From Obrimoposthia wandeli (Eukaryota), in assembly GCA_977020255.1 (NCBI GenBank), contig CDROCS010003093.1:1-64000 (forward strand): a stretch of 64,000 nucleotides of DNA, given 5' to 3'. Each line of letters opens with the position of its first letter. Positions within the stretch are counted from its first letter, which is position 1. Below, piece after piece: positions 38,754 through 50,400 of the stretch. Both the position numbers and the translations under genes were made by a program. The notes below the pieces were generated by a model. The model was given only the letters and a program-made list of their open reading frames with translations, ran no database searches and had not been told where the DNA came from.

Positions 38754-39434
38754 TTATTGGTCTTTTAAAATATCTTTGTTTTCTTCAACTAATTCTTGCC
38801 CTTCATGACCACTAATTAGCATGCGGCGTTTATCTGTATAAATATCGATGAACGCTTGGCCTGAACGGTAAACCAGTAACGCTAAACTTATCGGTAATAC
38901 AACCAACACTAACCAGCGATGCACTCTCGGCTGAAGGCCAAATGTTTCTTGTAAGAACTGTGGATAACGTAGCTCTTCAGAACCAATCCCTATTTTGAAC
39001 ATTTTTGCCCAGTACTCTATCGCACCACCGCGCACTTCAACGCCGAGCAAATGCAGCCAACTAGAATCAAGTAAAATAAGTCCATAAAACATACTGCCAG
39101 CAGCGCCAATTAAAGCCATCACTTTAGTTACCGGTTTAGACACAGCATTGAGCACTATATCAACCCCGATATGCACACCGCTTTTAATACCGTAGCTCAT
39201 GCCGAGTAATATCAGCCACGAGAAGGCTAATGTATTGAACTCTAACGCTGCCGACCAGCCACTATTAAATCCATAGCGTGCAACTACTTGGCCAAAGGAC
39301 ACCAACATAATGGCAGTAATAATAAATACCAATATGTTCTCCTCTGCGTTAGCGACCTTTTCAGGCCACTTACGCTCTAGCAACCAGATAATAAAAATTA
39401 ATATAAAGAGATAAATATGAGGCCAATAAGCCAT
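38754..39434 (-). CDS. dctQ: TRAP transporter small permease
   Basis: EE..LV, FGQVVARY.FN..W..A.E, SYG.K.G.HIGVD; ATG 39434 follows AGGAG. Confidence 0.88.
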   Translation of the reverse strand: MAYWPHIYLFILIFIIWLLERKWPEKVANAEENILVFIITAIMLVSFGQVVARYGFNSGWSAALEFNTLAFSWLILLGMSYGIKSGVHIGVDIVLNAVSKPVTKVMALIGAAGSMFYGLILLDSSWLHLLGVEVRGGAIEYWAKMFKIGIGSEELRYPQFLQETFGLQPRVHRWLVLVVLPISLALLVYRSGQAFIDIYTDKRRMLISGHEGQELVEENKDILKDQ

Positions 39435-39843
39435 GAAAACTCTCCTGCTGATATACACCAGCAAATCACATAAATAATTTGAAACGTTTAGCTAATTAAA
39501 CACTTAGCTGACGATCGGGTAACTCAATAATATACTGTGCATTACAGAGCCACTCTTTTAGAAAAAGTAAGTATAGACTTTGGTAATCAACGCACTAACG
39601 TAGTGAAATATCACTATGAGACCTCTGCATAACGACTGCACTTGAGAATACGGCCATTATTACTGCCATAAGTCAGTGTTATTTCAATATGTTAGATGCT
39701 CATCAATAAACGATACAGACTTTATAGCCCGTATTTTTAACCGGCTAATAAAACAGAGTATTAAGATATTGCAATTGAGCTACATCTTAATATTTTGTGA
39801 AAGTACCACCAACAAACGTCAGTGGCATTTGCTCTTACTTGAT

Positions 39844-40836
39844 TTAAGCGTCGGCAGCTGATTTGATTAAATCTGCACCGATATCGCTTTCAAACTTTTT
39901 CCAAACAGGCTTCATTGCTTCAACCCATGTAGCGCGCTGCTCATCAGTTAGCACGTTAATTTTTCCGCCAGCTTTAAGAATGTTTGCTCTGTTGCTTTGC
40001 TCTTTTGCTTTGACATTTTGGTTAGCATTTTGCGTAACCTCGTCAGCAATTTTTAAGAATTGCTCGCGTACTTCAGGCTCTAATCCATCTAAAAATTCAG
40101 AAGATGTCATAAATAAGTAAGCAAGTAACTGGTGGCTTGTTTCAGTAACACTGTCTTGAACTTCAAAGAATTTTTTGGTGTAAATGTTTGACCAAGTATT
40201 TTCTTGTCCATCTACAACACCTGTTTGTAGCGCGCCATATACTTCTTTAAACGCCATCGGTTGAGGTGATCCACCCATCGCAGCGATCATAGCTTTAGCA
40301 ACATCTGAGGATTGAACACGAAACTTCATGCCCTTAGCATCTGTTGGCAAGGTTAGCTTCTTATTGCCAGAGAAGTACTTCATACCAGACATCCAATAAC
40401 CTAAGCCTACAAAGCCTACGTTGTTCATGGCATTCAATAACTTTTTACCTGAAGCAGAGTTGGTATAACGAATCGCTGCATCCATATCTTTAAAGATGAA
40501 AGGTAAGTCAAAAACCCCATACTGACGAGTGTAAGAGCCAAATTTAGAAAGAGAAGGTGCTAAAATTTGTACATCACCAAGTAATAAAGCTTCTAGCTCT
40601 TTAGAGTCGCCAAAAAGCGTTGAGCTTGGATAAACTTCAATACACATTTTACCATTCATTTCTTTATTGACACGATCAGCTAAAGAGTTCGCTGCCACTA
40701 CTTTTGGATGCGTTGTGCCACCGGTTACATGGCTAAGCTTTGCGACGACTTCTCCAGGATCACACTGTGATGCAAAAACAGATGATACGCTGAACGCTAA
40801 TGTAAGGGCTGTAAGTGTTGATGTTATTTTTTTCAT
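39844..40836 (-). CDS. dctP: TRAP substrate-binding protein, C4-dicarboxylate type
   Basis: VYPSSTLFGDSKELEALLLGDVQILAPSLSKF, KFRVQSS, ALQTGVVDGQENTWSN. Confidence 0.92.
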   Translation of the reverse strand: MKKITSTLTALTLAFSVSSVFASQCDPGEVVAKLSHVTGGTTHPKVVAANSLADRVNKEMNGKMCIEVYPSSTLFGDSKELEALLLGDVQILAPSLSKFGSYTRQYGVFDLPFIFKDMDAAIRYTNSASGKKLLNAMNNVGFVGLGYWMSGMKYFSGNKKLTLPTDAKGMKFRVQSSDVAKAMIAAMGGSPQPMAFKEVYGALQTGVVDGQENTWSNIYTKKFFEVQDSVTETSHQLLAYLFMTSSEFLDGLEPEVREQFLKIADEVTQNANQNVKAKEQSNRANILKAGGKINVLTDEQRATWVEAMKPVWKKFESDIGADLIKSAADA

Positions 40837-40943
40837 TTATCAAGCTCCACTGGTTTTATAATATATTGTAAGTTATGAAGAACTTATCTCAGCTATTTAA
40901 TATGTTTGTAGCAAAGAACAAAGTCTACTTAGGATGTACTTAA

Positions 40944-40959
40944 AGCATTTTTGATGCCA
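40944..40959 (-). promoter_or_regulatory. Sigma54 -24/-12 promoter for dctPQM
   Basis: Minus strand TGGCATCAAAAATGCT, exact GG-N10-GC spacing, about 110 bp upstream of dctP. Confidence 0.72.
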
Positions 40960-41083
40960 ACCAGCAAAAATAACTAGTAACGTACTGAATAACAACAGAA
41001 TAACAAAAAAATAAAGATCAAATTAAATTTGTTTGATAAGATATAGTGAATAATAACGGGTGAATTTAACGCAGCAATAATGC

Positions 41084-41110
41084 AAAAATGGCGGGAATCC
41101 ACCCATTTTT
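41084..41110. promoter_or_regulatory. Candidate DctD-type upstream activator site
   Basis: AAAAATGG-cgggaatccac-CCATTTTT inverted repeat about 130 bp upstream of the sigma54 promoter; core resembles recalled DctD sites. Confidence 0.4.
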
Positions 41111-41175
41111 ATGAATAACGAACGCACGAACGCGTTAATCATTTAGGCTGTGCCTTATCCATCTTTTCAAAGGTA

Positions 41176-41958
41176 TTAACAATCCATAAACTGGCACAAT
41201 CCTAATGTTTTTGATTTCTTCACATTCTTTGCTAAACCACCGGTTCTGCGCATTTGTTTAATCACGCTCTTTAAAATTGGCTTTAGCTGGCGCTTCCCCA
41301 TCCCCGACTTAACCTTGGGATGATAAAGAACCTTTAACAAAGTTACATCTAATCCAGTCAGCATTTGATTAGCAGATTTGTCATTGAATATAGAAGGGTA
41401 AACAGCATCTGAGTCACGTGGTAATCCGAGCACTTGAGTTAGTTCTTCAACAATACAAGATAATAGCTTTGCGTGCATACGCGCTTGATTAACGGGAATA
41501 AAAATAGCAGCACTATTAATACTACTGTCACCATTGGCGCGCATAGTCGCCATACAAACAGCGGTTTTAAGATATTTTAGGGACGACTGACCCGATACAG
41601 ACCTTACTAGTGAAGGTAATTTTTTTTGAGACGTGAAATAGTATTGAATATTAGCGTTAGACTTCGACTTTACACGACGAATATTTAGACCGGTAATAGA
41701 TTTAAGATCTTTTATATGGGTATTAAGTAGCTGGTTATGCAAAGTGACATCACCGACTTGATGCTCAACGTAAATTTTTATCGGTTTTTCCCATTTTCTC
41801 ACCTTTAGAGCAGCCCCGCCATATTCACTGCCCAAAGCAATTTCATAAAAGCTATTGGTTATGAATTCACTCTTTTGCCAAGCTTGCGGCGCACCATATG
41901 TCATTATTGGGCTAAAACCTATCAAAAAAACAATCCAATGCACCCATTTACTCTTCAT
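41176..41958 (-). CDS. DUF2927-family exported protein
   Basis: FYEIALGSEY, VRKW, CIVEELTQVLGL..DSD.VYPSIFND, LT.LD..LL.VLY.P; signal peptide from ATG 41958. Confidence 0.8.
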   Translation of the reverse strand: MKSKWVHWIVFLIGFSPIMTYGAPQAWQKSEFITNSFYEIALGSEYGGAALKVRKWEKPIKIYVEHQVGDVTLHNQLLNTHIKDLKSITGLNIRRVKSKSNANIQYYFTSQKKLPSLVRSVSGQSSLKYLKTAVCMATMRANGDSSINSAAIFIPVNQARMHAKLLSCIVEELTQVLGLPRDSDAVYPSIFNDKSANQMLTGLDVTLLKVLYHPKVKSGMGKRQLKPILKSVIKQMRRTGGLAKNVKKSKTLGLCQFMDC

Positions 41959-42071
41959 CTTTTTACCAACCTTTTCCATTATTGATTTTGCTACGTATTT
42001 GTAAATAAAGATCACCGAGGCAAACCCTCTTGCGACACTCGATTTCACTTCGTGAAGCGGAAAATTTACCC

Positions 42072-42092
42072 TTGATGATTTAATTCATCTCT
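42072..42092 (-). repeat. Collapsed member of the GAGATGAATT REP-like family
   Basis: Reverse complement AGAGATGAATTAAATCATCAA equals the 47280 unit with the 11-nt inner hairpin GGCGCAGCCTA removed. Confidence 0.55.
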
Positions 42093-42441
42093 ATTAAAAG
42101 TGCAGTCATACACTCATTCAAGTATAGGCTTACTTTTTTAATGATAGCAATTATCTAATTTGCCACATCGCATGATATGACACTTAGCATAATACAAACG
42201 ACAAAAATGACGCTTACAGGCAATTTATGCGCGTATTGGAAACTTTATTTCAATTCTAAGATATGTTTCGTTTACTAAAATAATGGAGTCATAAATCTCA
42301 TCTAATTTAGGCTATTTCAACTCTTTGAGCCTTTAATATCCTTAGCGCTATGTTAAAATTTGCAGCTTCAGTGAAGACTGAAACCATCACCCAACAATCA
42401 TGCGTCATTTATTGATTACAAATACAAGGCACTAATCCAAA

Positions 42442-43683
42442 ATGAGTAATGCTACATCTTTAGATAAAAGCAAAATTAAAATTTTACTATTAGAAGGCGT
42501 ACACCAAAGCGCTGTAGATTCTCTTAATACAAATGGCTATTCGAACATCGAATATGTGACTGGGTCCTTATCTGAAGAAGAACTAATTGCGCGTATCGGC
42601 GAAGTCCATTTCATTGGCATTCGCTCTAGAACCCAATTGAATGAAAAAGTATTTGCCGCTGCTAAAAAGCTGATGGCTGTTGGCTGTTTTTGCATTGGAA
42701 CCAATCAAGTAGATTTAGCAGCAGCAACTAAAAATGCCGTTGTTGTTTTCAATGCACCTTTTTCTAACACACGCTCTGTAGCTGAATTAGTCATAGCCGA
42801 ATCGATTATATTACTGCGCGGTATTGCAGAAAAGAACGCTAAAGCGCACCGTGGTATTTGGCAAAAATCGGCAAAAGATTCTTACGAAATTCGCAATAAA
42901 ACGCTAGGCATCGTCGGCTACGGCAGCATTGGCTCTCAACTCAGTGTTATTTCAGAATCTTTGGGCATGAATGTATTATTTTTTGATGTTGTCGGAAAAT
43001 TACCAATAGGCAATGCAAAACAAGTGAGTAGCCTCTCGGAGCTATTAGCAAAAAGTGATATCGTCACTTTACATGTACCCGAAGTAGGTTCGACTAAAAA
43101 CCTAATGTCTACACTTGAATTTTCACAAATGAAAGACGGTGCTATTTTCATTAATGCAGCAAGGGGCACAGTTGTCGATATTGATGCATTGTGTGTGGCA
43201 TTAGAAAACAAGAAAGTCGGCGGAGCTGCTATTGATGTGTTCCCAGTAGAGCCACGCTCTAACGATGAAGAGTTCATATCTCCTCTTCGCGCATTTGACA
43301 ACGTCATTTTAAGCCCACATGTGGGTGGCTCGACAATGGAAGCACAAGAAAGCATTGGCTCTGAGGTTGCTGAAAAACTAGCCAAGTACAGCGATAACGG
43401 AACCACAGTTACTTCAGTTAATTTCCCTGAGGTTTCACTTCCTGAGCATTCTGATGCGGATGGTGTTCATCGTCTACTACACATGCATCATAACGTGCCT
43501 GGCGTACTCTCAAACATTAACTCGATTCTGTCTGAAAACAATATCAACATTTCAGGCCAGCACTTGCAAACAAATGACCAGGTCGGTTATGTAGTGATTG
43601 ATGTAGATGCCGATTGTTCGCAAAGAGCACTAGAGAAGTTATCTCACGTTAAAGGAACCATTCGCTGTCGTCGTTTGTTCTAA
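42442..43683 (+). CDS. serA: D-3-phosphoglycerate dehydrogenase with C-terminal ACT domain
   Basis: KIKILLLEGVHQSA, GCFCIGTNQVDL, NAPFSNTRSVAEL, GIVGYGSIG, PHVGGST.EAQ, H.NVPG. Confidence 0.96.
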   Translation: MSNATSLDKSKIKILLLEGVHQSAVDSLNTNGYSNIEYVTGSLSEEELIARIGEVHFIGIRSRTQLNEKVFAAAKKLMAVGCFCIGTNQVDLAAATKNAVVVFNAPFSNTRSVAELVIAESIILLRGIAEKNAKAHRGIWQKSAKDSYEIRNKTLGIVGYGSIGSQLSVISESLGMNVLFFDVVGKLPIGNAKQVSSLSELLAKSDIVTLHVPEVGSTKNLMSTLEFSQMKDGAIFINAARGTVVDIDALCVALENKKVGGAAIDVFPVEPRSNDEEFISPLRAFDNVILSPHVGGSTMEAQESIGSEVAEKLAKYSDNGTTVTSVNFPEVSLPEHSDADGVHRLLHMHHNVPGVLSNINSILSENNINISGQHLQTNDQVGYVVIDVDADCSQRALEKLSHVKGTIRCRRLF

Positions 43684-43750
43684 TTTCTAGCTTTTATTTA
43701 TCCTCATATATTAAGCTCATAAATTGAGCACATAAATTAAGCGTACAAAT

Positions 43751-43782
43751 AAGTTAGTTGCTTAACTGATGGCAACTAACTT
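43751..43782 (+). terminator. Hairpin terminator after serA
   Basis: Perfect 11-bp stem AAGTTAGTTGC / GCAACTAACTT followed by GTTT. Confidence 0.6.
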
Positions 43783-44032
43783 GTTTAGAACAACGAGACT
43801 AAGCTTAAGATTTATTTATTCAAACACCTCCTTTAGAGACTGTCATATCTACCTTTGCCAATCTTATTTTTACGTCCTCTCTCTTCTTTGAACTTAGCTT
43901 ATTATTTTTACTCTCAAGACTACCCCAAACTAATATTTTAACTATGCTGAAAGAAAGCAATCATAGTGGATGCAAATCCCTTACCCGATGTATACTCTGT
44001 ATCACCGTGAAATAATTTTTTGATTTAGGTAA

Positions 44033-45085
44033 ATGAGATTGAAACCAACTGATACTAAAAAAATTGCACACTTAAACTTTGCCAGTGGTTATCGCGGCGG
44101 AGAACGCCAAACCACCTTATTAATTAAAGAACTTGCAAAGCGCGGCTATCAACAACAACTTTTTACACGTATTAATTCAGAGCTAGCTAAACGCTGCGAA
44201 GGCGTTGAGAATTTAGAGATAATAAAAATTAGTAAGCCTTACATTCTCTCTTTTTATAAATTTAAAACGGCTCAAATAATTCATGCTCACGAGACAAAAG
44301 GTGCACAGGTCGCTTTTCTCTTGAACAAGCTATTTAACACCCCTTATATAGTTACCCGCAGAGTCGACAATCTAATAAAACAAAACCCATTTACTAAAGC
44401 GATGTATAGCAATGCAAGCTATAGTATTGCCTTGTCACAAGCGATAAAGAAAAAAATACTACTGGCTGCATCTCAAGCTAACGTTGTAGTTATTCCCTCT
44501 GCGCAAACCGACTTTAAAATGGACCCAACCAAAATAGAAGCTATTAAAAAGCGCTTTGATGGAAAATTTTTGATTGGTAATATTGGCGAATTAGAAAACA
44601 AACACAAAGGTCAGTTTTATCTAATTGAGGCCATTAAACGAATCGCTACAGAGCATCCAACTATTCACTTTATCTTCCTTGGTAAAGGGGTCGATAAAGA
44701 CAAATATCAACTCCAAGCAGCAGGGCTAAATAATGTAACGTTTGAAGGATTTGTTGATAATGTCGCTGACTACATTTCCTGTCTGCAGCTTTTCGTATTT
44801 CCTTCTATTAACGAAGGTTTGGGATCTATATTACTCGATGTGATGAAACTTAAAGTCCCTGTTATTGCATCAAACGTCGGAGGCATTCCCGATATCGTTA
44901 AAGATCTAGATACCGGTTTGCTAGTTGAAGCTAAAAACAGCGAAGCTATCTACCAAAATATTATTAAGCTTTATGAAGACCACAAGCTTGCTGGCGAATT
45001 AGCTGACAGAGCATATTTGAACACGTTTAATTACCAACCAAATACCATGTGTGAAGCGTACATAAATTTATATAAAACCATGTAA
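44033..45085 (+). CDS. Glycosyltransferase family 4 (GT-B)
   Basis: GGERQT, HAHE, TRRVD, FPSINEGLGSILLD, SNVGGIPD. Confidence 0.9.
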   Translation: MRLKPTDTKKIAHLNFASGYRGGERQTTLLIKELAKRGYQQQLFTRINSELAKRCEGVENLEIIKISKPYILSFYKFKTAQIIHAHETKGAQVAFLLNKLFNTPYIVTRRVDNLIKQNPFTKAMYSNASYSIALSQAIKKKILLAASQANVVVIPSAQTDFKMDPTKIEAIKKRFDGKFLIGNIGELENKHKGQFYLIEAIKRIATEHPTIHFIFLGKGVDKDKYQLQAAGLNNVTFEGFVDNVADYISCLQLFVFPSINEGLGSILLDVMKLKVPVIASNVGGIPDIVKDLDTGLLVEAKNSEAIYQNIIKLYEDHKLAGELADRAYLNTFNYQPNTMCEAYINLYKTM

Positions 45086-45208
45086 CTATGCTAATAGCGA
45101 AGTAAGTGGCTATCTAAATATAAATATTTAGTAACACCCGATGCCCAGCAAATGTACCCTTGATGATTTAGACTCTGTCTAATTTATCTTTATGCGAAAG
45201 AGACAACT

Positions 45209-45970
45209 ATGACAAGTATCAAACATATTTCTTGTGTCATTATCGTTAAAGATGGTGCAGTGACCATCGAAAATACCTTAGCTTCGTTAGCTAGCTTTAG
45301 TGAAGTCATACTCTATGATAATGGCTCAACTGATACGACACTGGAAATTGCCAAAAAGTTTAGCAATGTAAGCATTGTGCTAGGCGCATTTCTCGGGTTT
45401 GGAGAGACAAAAAATAAAGCAGCTTCTTATGCAACTAACCAATGGGTATTATCACTAGATGCCGATGAAACTCTCAGTGCTGAGTTTATCAATGCACTCG
45501 TTAACAAAGAACTCAAAGAGCATCAAGCATACCAAATGGTGCGAACAAACTTTTATCGCAATAAAGAAATAAAATACTGCTGGAAGAAAGAGCATATAGT
45601 TCGCCTTTATAACAAAGCTATAACGGCCTTTAACGACAATAAAGTTCACGAGTTTGTAATATCGGACCAGCTAGACGTTCAAACATTAGATGGGTTAGTA
45701 AACCATTTTCCCTACCAAAAAATATCTGACTTTATTAAAAAGTCAGATAAATACTCGGATCTTTTTGCCCTAGAAAACGCAGGAAAAAAGCAATCTTCTC
45801 CAAGCAAAGCAGTAGCTAATGCAGCTTTTACTTTCGTAAAAAAGTACTTTATAAAACGCGGATTCTTAGATGGCTACCCAGGCTTGCTTATTTCTTTTGC
45901 TCACATGAGTACTAATTTTTTCAAATACATGAAGTTATATGAAGCGAATCAAGAAAAGAATAATGAGTAA
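45209..45970 (+). CDS. Glycosyltransferase family 2, WaaE/KdtX-like LPS enzyme
   Basis: ISCVIIVKD, YDNGSTD.T, GFG..KN.A, WVLSLDADE, VHE, RGFLDG..G. Confidence 0.88.
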   Translation: MTSIKHISCVIIVKDGAVTIENTLASLASFSEVILYDNGSTDTTLEIAKKFSNVSIVLGAFLGFGETKNKAASYATNQWVLSLDADETLSAEFINALVNKELKEHQAYQMVRTNFYRNKEIKYCWKKEHIVRLYNKAITAFNDNKVHEFVISDQLDVQTLDGLVNHFPYQKISDFIKKSDKYSDLFALENAGKKQSSPSKAVANAAFTFVKKYFIKRGFLDGYPGLLISFAHMSTNFFKYMKLYEANQEKNNE

Positions 45971-46055
45971 AAGTTACTTTCTACTCATTCACAGTAGCTT
46001 TATAATTTATTGTTTTGTAAATATTTTTTAATAAATCTTTACTTAACAATATTTT

Positions 46056-47051
46056 TCAGCTGCTCTCATACTCATCTCCAATACAGTTGAACACTTGCTC
46101 TCTCAACACATCACTTTCATTAACCAAATGATGTTTTGCTCCTGGCAATATTTTCTTTCTTACATGCTCAAATTTATTCTCGATAACCGCAAGGTTATAA
46201 CGCCAATCAACTGTATCGTCATCATCTCCTTGCACAATAAAAATTGGATACTGCGATTTGTTATAATTGAAAAACGCCTTTTCCCAATTGAGCATCGCGC
46301 CAACCCAACTAACATTAATGTAGTTTATTGTTAGTGGGTCTTGGTATCGAATAAAATCTAAAAAAGTTAAGTTATGTGTGTTATTACTAAATGTACGTTT
46401 TACTTGCGTTACAAAATGCTTTAACAAATAGTATTGTATTTTAACCAATAAAGAATCGCAGCTTTTCAGCAGAGGTGCCAGTAATATCCGATATTTGATC
46501 TGCTTAAACTGTAACCAAACAGGGTTCAACGCATGCTCCATAATAATCGCACACCCTGTACTCTGCCCTATAAGCAACCAATTGTTAGATTGATCATTAA
46601 CAGCTAAAAACTGCAATACTTGTTGTAATTGTTGCGCATATTGAGAAAAACTATTAATTGAATAGCCCTTTCCGCTCGACAAACCGTGCCCTAATAAATC
46701 ATAAATCAGTACATCCCACCCTTGAGCTAATTTAGCTCTAATAAGATGCTGGTACAATCCACTATGATCCATGTAGCCATGGACAATAATACACGTACCT
46801 AGGCTCGCCTTGACTTGGCCATCAGAGTCTTGGGGATATTGTTTATAATACTGATACACAGTTTGGAGATCTTCTAAGTAATCAATGTCTATCAAATAGT
46901 GATCCGCTAAATCATCTAAGTTATAAAGTGAAAAGTAATTTTGCCAACCGACTGCTAAAGAGTCTATTTGCGATTTTGATTGATTGTTGAGTCCAGCGAG
47001 GTAATTTGATTGAGGTAACAACTCTATTAATTGATTTTTACTAAAATTCAT
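46056..47051 (-). CDS. Alpha/beta hydrolase, lysophospholipase-like
   Basis: VHGYMDH, DLLGHGLS.G, nucleophile elbow GQSTG, QGDDDDTVD, HHLVNE. Confidence 0.88.
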   Translation of the reverse strand: MNFSKNQLIELLPQSNYLAGLNNQSKSQIDSLAVGWQNYFSLYNLDDLADHYLIDIDYLEDLQTVYQYYKQYPQDSDGQVKASLGTCIIVHGYMDHSGLYQHLIRAKLAQGWDVLIYDLLGHGLSSGKGYSINSFSQYAQQLQQVLQFLAVNDQSNNWLLIGQSTGCAIIMEHALNPVWLQFKQIKYRILLAPLLKSCDSLLVKIQYYLLKHFVTQVKRTFSNNTHNLTFLDFIRYQDPLTINYINVSWVGAMLNWEKAFFNYNKSQYPIFIVQGDDDDTVDWRYNLAVIENKFEHVRKKILPGAKHHLVNESDVLREQVFNCIGDEYESS

Positions 47052-47279
47052 AAATCACCTTAAGACAGTAATTTTACTAATACTTACCTTGAGAGCTTAC
47101 GTAAACCATGGCGTTGATATCTGACTTAAAATAAACGCCTTACCCAAGAAACACAAACACACCATAAACTCATTCATATCAAGACCCTCTATGAAAAAGG
47201 GACACATTGCTATGAGTATAGCTTTTAGCTCACTTTTAATCCGTTATCCTCTCCTCTTTAATTGTAATTATGGTTTAAT

Positions 47280-47410
47280 AGAGATGAATTAGGCGCAGCC
47301 TAAATCATCAAAGAATTAACTCTCTACTATTTACTGAGAGAGATGAATTAGGCGTAGCCTAAATCATCAAAGAATTAACTCTCTACTATTTACTGAGAGA
47401 GATGAATTAG
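47280..47410. repeat. 59-bp tandem repeat (two full units plus a partial third) built on a REP-like hairpin
   Basis: GAGATGAATTAG at 47281, 47340 and 47399; units identical except C/T in the hairpin loop (GCA / GTA). Confidence 0.9.
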
Positions 47411-47499
47411 CTATCTAAACATAAACAATTTCTGTGTTTAATTTAGGCTAGCAGAAAATCACCGTTACTTAACAAACTTAACGATCGGACTACTACTAT

Positions 47500-50400
47500 A
47501 TGCGAGCGATTTTCAGTTGCTTTGTCTGCTTTATTTTTTTATCCCTACCTCTGTATGCAGAACCTGATGAAATTCCTAACCTGGTTTTAGATAATGCAAA
47601 ACGCCAACTAGAGCTCTTAGACCCAAGTGTTGCTGATGATAAAAACCTGCGAGATTTATATTTACAAATAACCGATACCTACTCGCAAATTGATGCTACC
47701 CAAGCGCAAATTGACGTTTTCAAAAAGAACCTCAAAGCATTGCCCAAAGATGTTGCAAACTTAAAGAAACTATTAGCAAAAGAGAAAAAAAAAGAAGTCC
47801 CGTTTAAAATTAACAGTGCTGTCTTACAAGAGCTAGAACTTACTTTAACGCAGTTGCAATCTACCCAGTTAGAGTTGCAACAAAATCGTAACAAAATAGA
47901 GAATGAAATCAATAGTTACAATGAAAAACCCGCTGAACTGCGCGCTGCCTTAGCTCAGTTAAAACAGCAAAGTCAAACGGATAACACCTCATCTTTAGAC
48001 GTTGAACAGCAGTTAGATGATGCACTTTTTTCATTGAAAAACTTAAAAATGCAGTCTATAAATCTTGAACTATTAGTTATCCCACTAGACAGTGAATACG
48101 ACCGATTAAAACTGAGCTGGACTGATATAGAACTACTTAAACTTGGCAGTAAAATCCGTGGTTACCAGGATAAAATTCAATTATTACGCCAATCTGAAAC
48201 CGATAAGTTGTTAGAGGACATATCACCCACTGAAGATAATAAAAACAACCCTGCAGCCATTACTCAATTAATAGCAAAAAACACCACACTCAGTGATCAG
48301 CTACGTACCAGCGTTATTAATACGACCGGTTTTGTTGCGCATTTACGTATTTTAGAGCAACAACATACACTGATTCGACAGAGCTACAAAGTCATTCAAC
48401 AACAACTAGAATTAAGTGAAAATAGTTTTGGTATAGAGCTAAAAAAGTTCAGCCAGCGCTTTTCTGTCGCTAACACGAAATCGAACACTGTTAAGAAAAT
48501 ATCTAAAGTAAGACTGCTAAAAATTGAATTAAACCAATTAAAGCTAAATCTCTCCATTAATCAGCCACAAACAGTGACATGGAGTAAGCAATCTATCACT
48601 GATTTAGCCGATGTACAAAAAACCAGTTTAGATCTCATCAGCAATCTTCACTCTGCATATATTCGAGAATTAGATGAATTATCTAAAATTCATACATTAG
48701 AAAAACAAATCTCAGAACAGCTAAATCTTGGCCAAACATTACTAACTGAATACTTACTCTGGCTACCTAGCGTTCCCGCTGTAAATATAGATTGGTTGCA
48801 GCAAATAAGTAACAGTAGCCAATCAATAATAAAAAGCAGTTACCAGCAACTTAGCACCCTTTCTTTTAATCGTGCACAGCAATGGCTACGTTGGATAATC
48901 ATCCTTATTATCGCTACGGGGGTATCCATTTTTTGTATTAGTTATCAAAAAGAGCATCAAAAGCTCTGGTCACGCCAAATTGGCAATGTATTGCAAGATA
49001 GATTTAGTCGCAGCGTTAAACTGATATTTCTAGCACCATTGATCAGCTTGCCTATCCCTCTGCTCTGCTTTATTTTTATTAACAAAATAATCGTTATTGA
49101 TCACCCTGACATTAAGTTCATCAACAATTTTTTATGTCTATCACTGTGGTTTTTCTTAAGTTTTAACGTGTGGCTCAAAAGACCATACGGTCTATTTATC
49201 AGTCACTTAGATATACCTGAAGATTTTTGCTCCAGGTTAAAAAAGCTACTTCCTCCGCTTTTTATACTCGGCGCGCCAATTACTTGGCTAATAATGTATT
49301 TTGATACGATTCCATCATTGGAATTGCATTCAGGCTTAGTGCGATTAATTTTTATCTTTTTGGCAGTATTAGCCGGTAGTTTTTGGGCTGCGCTATGGAA
49401 GGTATCCCCGCATGCCAGCGCCTCAGACAACATCAGCTGGTGGCAACAACAAAAGCTTTGGCTGTTTAGTTTAGTCATCATTCATGTACTGCTTGTGGCG
49501 GCGGCACTGTTTGGTTATTTATTTACCAGCGCGGTAATCATGGCGCTTTTATTGGCGCTCACTGTTATATTTTTTACCGTGTTTGCTGTTTATCGCTTAG
49601 GTGTTCGCTGGTTGTTAATCGCAGAGCGAAGAATCTCTTTTGCCAAAGCGCGTGCAAGGCGTTCTGAAATTCTCGCGGCACGTGAAAAAAATGAAGAAGT
49701 CCCGGTTTTAGAGGAAAACTATTTAGGCTTAAAGTCTGTATCTGAACAGGCATCTGTTTTGCTTAAAGCGCTTAGCTTTGGCTTACTGCTTTTTTCAATT
49801 TGGCTTTTAGTTAAAAATTTCTTACCTTCCTTAGATGTTCTGGAAAAAGTAGTGCTATGGCAAAACGATGTATCCACAGCCAGCGGCATCATATCAGAAA
49901 GTATTAGCCTTAGAAGTGTCGTGACCAGCATATTTACTATTGGCTTTACGGTTGTTGCGGCATACAACTTACCTGGCCTGTTAGAGCTTCTTATCTTGCG
50001 CCACATTAGGCTAACACCTGGAACAAGCTATGCAATCACCACAATCACTCGCTATTTGTTAATCATATTCAGCTTCATCGTGGGTGCAAGTCAGTTAGGT
50101 GTTGAATGGGCTAAACTACAATGGCTAGTAGCAGCTATGGGAGTTGGTTTAGGTTTTGGTTTGCAAGAAATTGTCGCCAATTTTGTTTCAGGTATTATTA
50201 TTCTTTTTGAAAAACCAGTACGTATAGGAGATACCGTTACCATTGGTGGTGTGACAGGAAAAGTAACTAAGATAAAAATCCGCGCAACAACTATCTCTGA
50301 CTGGGATCGCAAGGAAGTCATTATTCCTAATAAAACCTTCGTCACAGACCAACTTATTAACTGGTCTTTATCCGATGCAATTACTAGAGTGATTATAAAA

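Noticed and set aside
42137-42155. Fur box (14/19 match)
   Set aside because: AT-rich background and neither flanking gene (DUF2927, serA) is a clear iron gene; needs a position-weight-matrix scan. A weaker 12/19 match near 25855 was dropped for the same reason
47280-47410. Possible mini CRISPR array
   Set aside because: The sequence between the hairpins is identical in both units, so there are no unique spacers, and no cas genes are present; it is a tandem repeat
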